A model generated the notes under the pieces. The model was not told the origin of the DNA. It was given only the letters and a program-made list of their open reading frames with translations, and did not search any database. A stretch of 64,000 bases of DNA from Azolla caroliniana (Eukaryota > Plantae > Polypodiophyta), in NCBI GenBank assembly GCA_043228905.1, contig JBHGNT010000016.1, forward strand, positions 4,588,001 through 4,652,000, read 5' to 3'. The position numbers and the translations under genes were made by a program. Below, piece after piece: positions 48,912-60,199 of the stretch; within the stretch, counting starts at the first letter, position 1, and each line of letters opens with the position of its first letter.

Positions 48912-51900
48912 CTAAACAGTATTTCGCTCCACTACGTCTGGGCCCCTTGACCGAGTAACTGGTCTTGTTCCCGATCGTGGCCCCTTCTTCAGCCTTTTTC
49001 TGGTTGGTTCCCCATTTAGCCTTGCTTCTAGGACCCAATGCGCAAGTGTGTCCTCCTCCGACAACCTTCCCATCGCCTCAGCAGGTAATTGCACATCAAC
49101 CGTTTCTTGAACTACCTTTTCAAGTACAGAGGGATCTGTTTGGACATTTTCAGTAGTTGGGCTCGGTGGGGTGGAATCAAGGTCTTGAGACTCGAAGAAA
49201 TGTTGCATCAAGTGTTCATAAACACTGTTGTTGTGAACCTCAGTTTTACATGTTGTTTCCACTATTTCATGGCATTTCACATCGTTGCCTAATTCAGTAC
49301 ACTGTTCCAAAAGAATAGGGTGCAGCTGATCTGAAGGAGATGTGATAGCAGGACTCTTACTTTCAGCCACATTGGCAGTAGTATCCTCATCTGTTGCAAC
49401 ATCATCAGCACCAGACACATCATGTGCCGTCCTTAATCCACAAGATTCTACAATAACATGACAGTTATTTAGGATAGCTAATTAGCTACTTTACTAAACT
49501 ATGGTAGAAGCTAGGATAGCTAATTAGGTAGTACGATAGCTAATTAGCTAGTACGATAGCTAATTAGCTAGTATGATAGCTAATTAGGTACTTTACTCAA
49601 CTATGGTAGTAGTTAGGATAGCTAATTAGCTACTTTACTCAACTATGGTAGTAGCTAGGATAGCTAATTAGCTACTTTACTCAACTATGGTAGTAGCTAG
49701 GATAGCTAATTAGCTACTTTACTAACTATGGTAATAGCTAGGATAGCTAATTAGCTACAATGAAAGCTAATTAGCTACTTTCTGAACTATGTAGTAGCTA
49801 GGATAGCTTATTAGCTTCTAGGACAGCTAATTAGCTGCCAGTAGCTAATTAGCTACTAGGATAGCTAATTAGCTGCCAGTAGCTAATTAGCTACTAGGAT
49901 AGCTTATTAGCTACTTTACACAACTATGGCAGTAGCTACTAGGATAGCTAATTCGCTAGGATAGCTAATTCGCTAGTAGGATAGCTAATTAGTTGCCAGC
50001 AGCTAATTAGCTAGTAGGATAGCTAATTAGCTACTAGGATAGTTAATTAGTTGCCAGTAGCTAATTAGCTAGTAGGGTAGCTAATTAGGTACTTTACTCA
50101 ACTATGGTAGTAGCTAATTAGCTAGTAGGATAGCTAATTAGCTAGTAGGATAGCTAATTAGCTGCTAGTAGCTAATTAGCTACTAGGATAGCTTATTAGC
50201 TACTTTACACAACTATGGCAGTAGCTAATTAGTTACTAGGATAGCTAATTAGTTGCCAGTGGCTAATTAGCTAGTAGGATAGCTAATTAGCTGCTAGTAG
50301 CTAATTAGCTACTAGGATAGCTTATTAGCTACTTTACACAACTATGGCAGTAGCTAATTAGTTACTAGGATAGCTAATTAGTTGCCAGTGGCTAATTAGC
50401 TAGTAGGATACCTAATTAGCTTTTTTACACAACTATAGTACTAGCTAATTAGCTAGTACCATAGCTAATTACCTACTAGGATAGCTAATTAGCTAGTAGG
50501 ATAGCTTATTAGCTACTTTACACAACTATAGTAGTAGCTAGGATAGCTAATTAGCTACAATGGTAGCTAATTAGCTACTTTACTCAACTATGGTAGTAGC
50601 TAGGATAGCTAATTAGCTACTTTACTCAACTATGGTAGTAGCTAGGATAGCTAATTAGCTACTTTACTAACTGTGGTAGTAGCTAGGATAGCTAATTAGC
50701 TACTTTATTAACTATGGTGGTAGCTAGGATAGCTAATTAGCTACAATGAAAGCTAATTAGCTACTTTCTGAACTATGTAGTAGCTAGGATAGCTTATTAG
50801 CTACTAGGACAGCTAATTAGCTGCCAGTAGCTAATTAGCTGGCAGTAGCTAATTAGCTACTAGGATAGCTTATTAGCTACTTTACACAACTATGTCAGTA
50901 GCTAATTAGCTACTATGATAGCTAATTAGCTAGTAGGATAGCTAATTAGCTAGTAGGATAGCTAATTAGTTGCCAGTAGCTAATTAGCTAGTAGGATAGC
51001 TAATTCGCTAGTAGGATAGCTAATTAGTTGCCAGTAGCTAATTAGCTAGTAGGATAGCTAATTAGTTGCCAGTAGCTAATTAGCTAGTAGGATAGCTAAT
51101 TAGCTTTTTTACACAACTATGGTACTAGCTAATTAGCTAGTACCATAGCTAACTAGCTACTAGGATAGCTTATTAGCTACTTTACACAACTATGGCAGTA
51201 GCTAATTAGTTACTAGGATAGCTAAATAGTTGCCAGTGGCTAATTAGCTAGTAGGATAGCTATTTAGCTTTTTTACACAACTATGATACTAGCTAATTAG
51301 CTAGTACCATAGCTAATTAGCTACTAGGATAGCTAATTAGCTAGTAGCTCATTAGCTGCCAGTAGCTAATTAGCTAGTAGGATAGCTAATTAGAAAAGAC
51401 TAAGCTTATTAGCTACAGTATGGTATACCTGTTAGTTTTCTCCACTCATTTGGTAGAGTTGTACTGCAATCTCCCAAACAGAATGCAGCAATTCGACAGG
51501 CATGTTGAAAACAAAGCAGATGGTATGTGTGGTTGCGTGGTTGTAGGTGAACCAACAAAGACGCAGTTTTGTCCTCCACACCTAACCCGCAAGCGATGCA
51601 ACGTGCTTGAACTGTCAATAAATCATTTTCTGGTTCTACTTCATTTGGTAAGGGAGCAAGAATGTTCAGGTCCAAATCCTGTCTGGTCCTTACCATTCCC
51701 TCCACAAAATGTAGCTTCTTCTTAAGGCAGCTAACTACCTGTTCTTGATGAATGTATTGTTCCTTCAACGCAACAGAGAAATTTACCGATTAATTATTCT
51801 TGTTGTTGAAAGATACACCAACTTTGCTCAGGAATCGTTAACTTACTTGAAGCTTATCCAAATTGTAATCTGCAACAGTATTTACACCTAGAAGGTCCAG

Positions 51901-53378
51901 GTTCATTGAAAGAACCTGGATCTCTATTTGCAGTTCTATTTTACGCTGGGGATCCAGTGGCCCCTCTAATTCAAGCTCCTGTTGCGCAACCTATTCCAGA
52001 TAATGCTTGATTAGCACATTTTACCCGTTATTTATAACACAATCACATACCAGCAAAACAATAGTTACCTGAATCTTATTTCTAATTGTTGTAACAACAG
52101 AAGTAACTTTGCTCTCCATTGCAGAAGCCATTGTGGCTTTCTCTAAATCAGTCTTAAAAAATGCCAATGTCTCACAAGCTTCATGGACATTTTTTAGCAT
52201 ATAGCTAACCAATGTCTCACCTGTATCATCGACATTGGCTTTCCTTGGGTGTCGGTGTGGTGTATGCCCCCGGTCTTGCTGGGAGTCGGCAGTTGCATCA
52301 ACAGCTGCCATGCTCCAAAATCTGTCTATTTTTTGTGCCAAGGTCCCCATCTTTCGGCATCTTTTTACCGATGCCTCACCATAGACTGCCCAAGCTACCC
52401 TATACATTTCAGGGTCTCTAGATTCCTTCGCTGTTTTGCAGTACTCATATGCAAATGCTCTAGCAAATGAAACTGACAACTCATTGTTGACTGGGATCTC
52501 CTGATGAACTTTCTGGTGCAGTCTCATGCAGTCATCGTACAAGTCGGCTCGTACATGCTTCAGCTTGACCTTGCCTTTGACTCTAGGCACTGTATATACT
52601 GTCATCCAGTCTATATCACTGATCAATTTATCACTTAGGACAGCAGGGTCAACACCCTCGAGTGACAGACCATAGGTGTTGTGGAAGTCCTCCTTTGTCT
52701 CGCAAAATTTTGCGAAGTTTAGCACTCTCGTATACGGAGGAACGAGCCATCTGAAATATCATTTCAGAAATCAGAAATAGTGCAAAATCAAAATATGTGA
52801 GAATCAAAAACCCCAATCAACAACAACAAAAATGGTGCAAAATCTTTAACTTAGCAAATCAGAAACCCTAATCATAATTTGTATTCAGAAATTTGAAATC
52901 AGAAACCCTAATCAAAATCTGTAATCAGAAGTTTGAAATCAGAAACCCTAATCAAAATCTGTAATCAGAAGTTTGTAACCAGAAACCTTATTCAGAAATT
53001 CTAATCAGAAATTTATAATCAAAAACCCTAATCAGAAATTTCAATCAGAAACCCTAATAAAAAATTTCAATCACAAACCCTAATCAGAAATCCTAAGCAG
53101 AAATTTATAAACAAAAACCCTATTCAGAAATTCTAATTTGTAATCAAAATTTGTAACCAGAAACCCTATTCAGAAATTCTAATCAGAAATTTATAATCAA
53201 AAACCCTAATCAGAAATTTCAATCACAAACCCTAATCAGAAATTCTAATAAGAAATTTATAAACAAAAACCCTAATCAGAAATTTCAATCAGAAACCCCA
53301 ATCATCACTAAAGACAGGATTAAACACAAAAAAAGTAATATAAACACACCTGTTGCTACTCCCCGATTTGCGAGACAT
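48912..53378 (-). CDS. Sola2 accessory gene, 5 exons (53378-53350, 52750-52069, 51990-51847, 51762-51429, 49447-48912), 574 aa; unknown N-domain, coiled coil, RING-like finger, acidic region, NLS
   Basis: All four GT-AG introns are phase-compatible (2,0,0,1) and link the separate track ORFs into one stop-free frame. RING-H2-like CIAC...PRNHTYHLLC...CLGDC; basic PTRKRLKK near the end. Confidence 0.75.
49470..51413. repeat. Second intronic TAGCTAATTAGCTA satellite (~1.9 kb) filling intron 4 of the accessory gene
   Basis: Same palindromic core with linkers such as GTAGGA, CTAGGA, GCCAG and a longer CTTTACTCAACTATGGTAG type. It stops just short of both splice sites (51428 and 49448). Confidence 0.97.
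52790..53305. repeat. Telobox-like (AAACCCTA) minisatellite filling intron 1 of the accessory gene
   Basis: AAACCCTAATCAGAAATT and variants repeat more than ten times, interleaved with AATCAGAAATTT. Confidence 0.9.
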
Positions 53379-53832
53379 CCTTGTATGGGACTCCAAGGAC
53401 TTCGCCCTATTCGATTTTGGGGAAATATGAATCGGCACCAAAGTTCAGACAGTAGTCAAAAAGAAAAAACAAATGTTTGGGGTTTCTGTAACTGAAACAT
53501 ACCTGGACGATGATCGAGCGGGTTTTGTGTTGTAGCTCTCAATCTGCAATGTCGATTTTTTGCTGTTGCGGGAGCTACGTCTGCGTTCGTGCTCTGAGTA
53601 CTCCATCTGCGTTCAAAATCAGACTTAGGCTAAACAGGAAATTGATGACATTGAAGTCGACCTTAGATGATGGTGATATTCCCCAAGTTCCACTACGTCT
53701 GAAACAGAAGTTCAAATATTTGAGTTTTTTCATAAATTAGTTTTTCAAATATTTGATTTTCCCACAAAAAAGACTAGCTAAACAAATAGCTAATTAGCTA
53801 TGGCCATTTTAGTAGCTAATTAGCTATAATAG

Positions 53833-53857
53833 TGTTTCCACTCGCATGCTTTTACCC
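53833..53857 (-). repeat. Right TIR
   Basis: TGTTTCCACTCGCATGCTTTTACCC, 24/25 match to the reverse complement of the left TIR. Confidence 0.95.
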
Positions 53858-56800
53858 ATGAACCACTGCATAGTAGGTAGACAATTCATGAACAAGTTTG
53901 TTAATGAAATGCGTACCTTGATCACTCACTAATTCTATTGGGTAGCCAAATCGACACCATATACTTTCGTACAAAAATTTTGCTGTTGAAACTGCCATAT
54001 TATCTCTAAGAGCTTTAGCCTCTACCCACTTTGTACAATAGTCAATAGCCACTATAATATATCTATTGCCTGTTCTTATTGCTGCCGGTTTGAAAGGACC
54101 TACAAAATCCAACCCCCATTTTTGGAAAGGTTCAAGAGGTAATACCGGTTGAAACGACATTCGGTCCCTTTCTTTTGGTTGTCCCATACGCTGGAATAAA
54201 TCACATTTCCGACAATATTCGACCGTATCCTTCATTACTGTAGGCCACCATAACCCACTGTTCCATATTTTTCTTGTTGTGGTTTCCCCAACATAGTGAC
54301 CTCCTGCAATTCCACAGTGTGATTCCCGAAGGATGACCGATTTTTCGAATTGCCGTACTGTTTGTCTCCAAATACCATTGGCTCCGTTATGATACAGAGT
54401 ATCGTTCAAAGGACAAAAAATTACGACTTCGTACCGCCAACCTTTTTCTTTCGTATGTCGATAGATGTTCCGGTGGCAACCCTGTTGTAAGAAAGATTGT
54501 CATTTCTGAAATCCAACCATCCTCACTTTCTTCATTTACATGCTATGCATTTACAGCTTCCACTAAAAAAAGCTGACCATCCGGAAAATCATCCTTGACT
54601 CATGTGCCTTCTTCTCCTGTCTCCAGTCGACTGAGATAATCGGCCACTGCATGCTGCAGTCCTGGCCGATGTAAAATGTCGAATTCGAATTCCTGGAGCA
54701 GAAAAGCCCATCTTGCTAACTTGCCAGTTAACTCTTGTTTCGAGACCAAATAAAGGAGAGCCGAATGATCAACATGAAATGTAAACTTCTTCCCCAAAAG
54801 ATAGTGTCTGAATTTATTGACACTATAGATAATTCCTAACGCTTCCCTCTCAGTGGTAGAGTAATTCCTTTCTGCTGTCGAAAGTTTCCGACTGGCATAG
54901 TAAACTGGCCTGTACCAAGTCGGTTCGGTTAACTGCATTAATACACTTCCGATTGCGATGTCCGATGCGTCGACAAAAACATGGAATGGCTTATTCCAAT
55001 CAGGTGGTTGAACGACTGGAACTTTGGACAACATTTTCCTCATGCAATCATAGGCATCCTGTTTGACACTTGTCCACTAAAAAGGAACTTTGTGTATTGC
55101 TGTATGTAAGGGAATGGCGATATCCGCAAGATATCTTATCATTCGGCTATGCCACCGAATCTGCCCCAAAAATTGATTAAGGGCTTTAGAATTTGTGGGT
55201 GCCGGTGCTTCGAGTATGGCTTTAACCTTGTCGGAGTCCACTGCAATTCCTTCCTGACTGACAATATGGCCTAATAATGTGCCACTAGTGACCCCGAATG
55301 CACATTTAGCCGGATTTAAACTAAGTCGTCCTTCCCGACATTTCTCCAAACATAGTTGTAAATGCTCAAAATGTTCGGTTTTCCGACTATAAGCAGCAAA
55401 ATCATCCAAAAATACTTGCATAAAGGCAGGAATGTAATTCCCAAATATTTCCTGTATTACTCTTTGAAATGTTGCCGGAGCAGTCTTCAAGCCAAACATC
55501 ATTACTACTGCAACAAACACTCCCCATTCTGTAACAAAAGCTTTCTTTTCTTGATCTTCCGGATTCATCCGAACCTGATTATAACCACTAAAACCATCTA
55601 CGAAACTATATACTTCATGGCCCGCTACCGCATCTAATATACTATCCGTAAATGGTAATGAAAACGCGTCCGTAATGGTAGCCGCATTTAATTTCCGGTA
55701 GTCGACACATACCCGAATTTTTCCATTCTTTTTCAGAGCTACCACTATTGGACTTAACCATGTCGATTTTTTCACCGGACGAATAAACCCTAATTTCAAA
55801 AGCTTTTCTATTTCTTCTTTAACTTTAATAGCATAATTTGTATTTAATCGGTACCTGCGTTGTTGAACTGGCTTTGCATCCTTATGAAGGTTAATTTGAT
55901 ATTGACAGAAAGCTGGGTCTAGTCCCTTCATATCTTCAAAAGACCAGGCAAAGACATCCTTATATTGCTTTAATAATGTGGTTAACCTTTGTTTGTCCGC
56001 TTCTATCATTTCTTTAGCAATGAGTACTGTTTTCAACTCATTGTCCCCATTTCCTTCTGCCAAATTTATTTCCTCCAATGCTGAAGCTTTAACTCGTTGG
56101 GACACTTTCATCTCTCTATCAGTAGCTTCTTGCTGGAGTTGTATTTCCTTCATTGCTTGCTCATCTATTGACAATTCCTCCTAGGAATCCACATAAGGCG
56201 TCAAAGCTTGTAAAATATCGACTTCGAATAAAGGAATGATTTTTGGATTATCATCAAAATGTTGATTTTCTTCGAGCTCATCTAATCCCTCCATCATATT
56301 GACAGACTGCATATACGGGCAAACACTGTTTGCTTGTTACAACCTTGTTCTGTGTCGAAACCCGAATTTTCGTTTTGCCTTTCCGAAATGTTAATTGATT
56401 CTGATTCCAATTCTGCTTGATGTTAGTAGTTTTTAACCACGGACGTCCTAATAACAAAGGATAAGCACCAGGAGCCTCTAAATGAAGAATAACTAATGAT
56501 ATCAGAAAACTATGACCACCCAATACTATCTCTAATTGGCGGAGTAACCCAATTGGTCGTACTGTAGTCGTATCCGCCAATCTAAGCCAAAATGGGCAAG
56601 CTTCCCATTTAGTAATTCCTAACCTATCACAAGTGGTTTTATTAATGACATTAACTCCTGAGCCACCATCGATAATCGTATTTTCAATTTCCTGACCTTG
56701 AATTATTACCTTAATTCATGGATTTTTCTCATCCATGATTGAAGGACTGTTGAACGGTTGACTATAATTTACCGATACTTGTTCTGACCCCTTTTGAGCA

Positions 56801-56974
56801 ATTAATGTCGCTACTTTTTCGGTAAATCTAGGAACCAACTTAAGTAATCCGGTCAATGGGAATGAACTTGGCAATCTGCCAAGAGTTTCCAAGCTTCCTC
56901 TTGTTCTTGTACAGGAATTACTTTTGGTAATTCGTTAGCTTGATTAACTTCATTGTCTTGGAGCATTCGGTTTA

Positions 56975-57016
56975 CATTATTTCTGTTGTAATTCTCTGTT
57001 GTAACTGCCGCCAGGT

Positions 57017-57055
<39 letters not shown>

Positions 57056-57345
57056 CAGAGCAATTCTTTGTTGTAACCGCCGCCAAGCGAAGAGTGTGAG
57101 GACGAGGTCGTTGCCTCTATGCCCCATGTTGTATTCTTTGACATTGTGATAGTTTGGAGTTTGTGGACTCTCGTGGTTTTTCCCTCTCAGGGTTTTCCAC
57201 GTTAACATCTCATGTACTCTCTTGTTTACAGTGTGTGTGCATATACGTGTATTTACCCACCATTCCCATTCTCGGTGTTTCGATTCTAAACGACACGATC
57301 TAAGACTCGGATGTGCCCGAGTAATATTCCGCATATTTCGTGTCA
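56975..57345 (+). mobile_element. 3' half of a copia-type LTR with (AG)n, marking a deletion junction
   Basis: GAGGTCGTTGCCTC, GGTTTTCCACG and ATTCCGCA motifs as in the other copia LTRs; ends TGTCA. Joins truncated F to the integrase tail of D. Confidence 0.7.
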
Positions 57346-60199
57346 TAAAGTTGGTGACATGGTCTGGGTATTACGTCGGCATATTCCAACAACTCACCCA
57401 TGCAACAAACTTGATTACAAAAAGTTGGGTCCGTTCCGCATCATTGACAAAATCAACGCTATGGCTTTCCGTCTTGGTCTTCCATCACACTACCAAAGTC
57501 ACAATGTCTTCCATGCATCACTTCTTGAGCTCTATCATCAACCTCAATTCCAAGAAGAAGCATTGAGCCAACCCCCCTGTGGCTTTGGCGATTGGGGATG
57601 AGTATGAAGTTGCGCCGACGGAAGCTCCAGTATCTGGTCTTGTGAAAAGGATATCCCATCTCTGAGGCCACATGGGGGCCCACTAGAAATTTACTCAATG
57701 CCCTGGAAGTGGTTCATGATTTTCATCTCCGAAATCCTGAGAAACCCGCACCTTCTTGAAGTCGGCGCTTAAGGGGAGGATAATGTCTTGAACATCGACT
57801 TGAATTTTAGCCTTAGGTTCTTGTATATATATATTTCTCCTAGATAAACTTTAGATTTTAAACCTTTGTATAATGAGTGGTATATAAGACTGAGTATGTA
57901 AGACTTGGCATGCAAGAATTAGTATGCTTGATATTATAGTATGTAAGACTTGGCATGAGCATGCTTATCATGCTTCACTACATGTATAAAAAGGGTTGAT
58001 CTCCCTTGTTAACATCAAGGAAATCAACACCAGTCATGGAATAGATATTCTTACTCATTGTCATCAACTTCCCCATCTCTTTATCTTCCAATTGTTCATC
58101 CGTGATAGTGGGTGAGCCGATCTTCAACATCCGGGTTTGTCAAGAATTCGGGATGTTCAAGCAGCGTCCAATGAGGATGATACCCAATGTTCGCAAAAAA
58201 TGGGGAATATCCAGTAGAAGAATATTCAAAGTTGGTGTAAGTGAATTCTGCCAAATGTAATAGATCAACCCAATCATCTTGTTGATATTTGACAAAACAA
58301 CGAAGATATTGCTCGACTGTTTGGTTGGTGCGCTCACTCTACACGTTAGTTTCTAGATGGTAGCCGGAAGAGAGTTTTCAAGAAGTATGTAAGAGTTTGA
58401 ACATGTGTTGCCAAAATTTTGAGATAAACTAGGGACCCCGATACTTGATAATATCTTTGGGAAGACCATGATGCCGAAACACCTCCCCGCATGAGTAAAT
58501 CAACAGTCTCGTGGCTAGTAATGGCCTTTGTGCCTAGAAGAAAATGTGCCATCTTCGTAAAACGATCTAATATGGTGAGAATAGAATCAAAACCCTTGGA
58601 AGGTGGAAGATCCGTAAATCCAAGGAAATAGATTTCCATGGACTCTCAGGATTAGGCATTGGCTGTAATAAGCCATATGGATGATGTCGAGGTTTTTTTG
58701 ATCGGCAACTACGAACATAATTTGTAACAAAATGGTGAAGTCGTGGCCACCAATATCAGTGAGAAATTAACTCAAAAGTCTTGTGGATGCCAAAATGTCC
58801 AGCCATTGGTGTGTCGTGACATTGTTGCAAGACTTGGAGTCGAGAAGGACCGTCAGGTACATACACGAGATTTTGTCGAAAAAGTAAACCATCACGCCAA
58901 CTAAACTAGGTGTAGTCTTGACGAGGATTTAGAGATTGTGAGCAGGAAGTACGATCTAGGATAATATGGTTCAAAATATCTTGGGCGAATGCATCGGTCA
59001 TAATATGATCTCGAATGGAATCAAGAAGACTTGAATCTTTAGGTGTGTTGATAGTATGAATTGCCATTAGTCGTAGATGATCAGGACCTAAGAGGATTTG
59101 CCTCTAACTTTCAAATGCAACCTCTCCTGGTTGAAATTCCATATACGAACATCGAGATAAAGCATTTGTTTTTCCTTGGTGCATCCCAGGGTGATATAGA
59201 ATTGCGAAATCAAAACGAGTTAAGAAATGCACCCAACGAGCTTGTCAACGACTCAAGACCCAAGCACTTTGGAAGCATGTTAGATTTTTGTGATCATTGT
59301 AGAAAATAAACTATTTAGAAGAACCCTCCAAAAAATGATGCCATTGTTGAAAAGAATCCACAATGGCAAGAAGCTTTTTGCAATGAATCTCATAGTTGCT
59401 TTCGGCGGCTTCAAGTTTCCGTGAGTGAAAAGCCATAGGGTGCAGTTGGCCATCATCGCCAATTTGGGATAGAACACTTCCGAGTGAGAAGTTAGATGCA
59501 TCAACGTCGAGTATAAAGCGCCTCATTTGATAGACATGCATTAAAATTGGTGCAGATTTAAATGCTTGCTTTAAACCCTCAAATGTAGAGTTTGCATGTG
59601 TACTCCGACAAATGGTCGATTGTTTTGCGTTAGTTGAGTGAGGGGCAATACGATCTTTGAATAATCTTTGATGAACTTGGGATAAAAGTTTGCAAACCCC
59701 AAAAAATATTGTACATCTCGCAGAAATTGTGGTGTTTGCCAATCCAAAACTATTTGAACCTTTGATGGATCCATAGAGATTCCATTTGAAGAGACTATGT
59801 ACCCCAAAAATTCCACTTGACACTGGTCAAAACTACACTGCTCCAATTTTTCATAAAGACCTTTTTGCAACCGTTGCAAAGCTTGGCAAACGTGTATCTC
59901 ATGCTCCTCTTGAGTTTTTGAGTAGATGAAGATATCATCCAGGTAAACTATGATGAAGATATCAAGGAAGTCCCAAAAAATGTCATTCGCCATATGTTGA
60001 AAAATTGATGGTGCATTCATGAGACCAAATGGCATCACTGTATCTCAAAATGGCGCCATAGTGAGTGCGGAAAGCAGTCTTCCGTTCATCCCTAAGAGGA
60101 ATTCGAACAAGGTTGTAGGCACCACAAAGATCTAACTTCGTGAAATATTTTTCTCCACTGAGGCGTTCAAGAAGGCTTGAGATCAATAGTAGAGCATAT

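Larger units (their letters stand above)
36534..53857 (+). mobile_element. Sola2-like DNA transposon, 17,324 bp (~12 kb without the nested retroelement)
   Basis: 25-bp TIRs GGGT(G/A)AAAGCATGCGAGTGGAAACA with 1 mismatch and a perfect 4-bp TSD ATGA (36530-36533, 53858-53861). Removing the element restores the integrase frame of F. GRG termini, a 4-bp TSD and the DFAENY-type transposase fit my recollection of Sola2. Confidence 0.9.
32375..56974 (-). mobile_element. Non-chromovirus gypsy F (Athila/Tat/Phygy-like), 5'-truncated; probable 3' LTR 32375-32794
   Basis: PR (IIDGGSGVN), RT (RVCVDYRKLN, VFLDDF), RNase H (TEREALGI) and integrase (KWGLDFVGP..YYAVVH|KKSTPYYPQANG), the last split by the Sola2 element. 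LTR has TGTT...AACA ends. Confidence 0.85.
28337..58107 (+). mobile_element. Degenerate Tcn1-like chromovirus D; LTRs 28337-28674 and 57784-58107; own internal sequence 28675-32374 and 57346-57783
   Basis: Matching LTRs; TSD GCAGG/GTGGG. Contains gag (LPNKFDGTRS), PR (LLDSGA), RT ([13 protein letters not shown]), RNase H and the integrase zinc finger. GPF and chromodomain remnants plus a PPT lie at 57346-57783. Confidence 0.9.
27307..60199 (-). mobile_element. Degenerate Tcn1-like chromovirus E (outermost layer); own sequence 27307-28336 and 58108-60199
   Basis: 3' LTR ~27307-27746 with an adjacent PPT. Integrase and chromodomain lie at 27750-28336, and integrase, RNase H and RT (YLDD) at 58108-60199. 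The frame rejoins across D as EDRLTRLEEIQ. The 5' part is interrupted by copia C. Confidence 0.85.

Noticed and set aside
48663-48930. Splice joining the RING-like gene to the FCP1-like ORF
   Set aside because: The best acceptor is phase 1, while the candidate donors I found are phase 0 or 2; left unresolved.
52790-53305. True or interstitial telomere
   Set aside because: There are no contiguous (CCCTAAA)n runs; single teloboxes are embedded in a longer unit within an intron.
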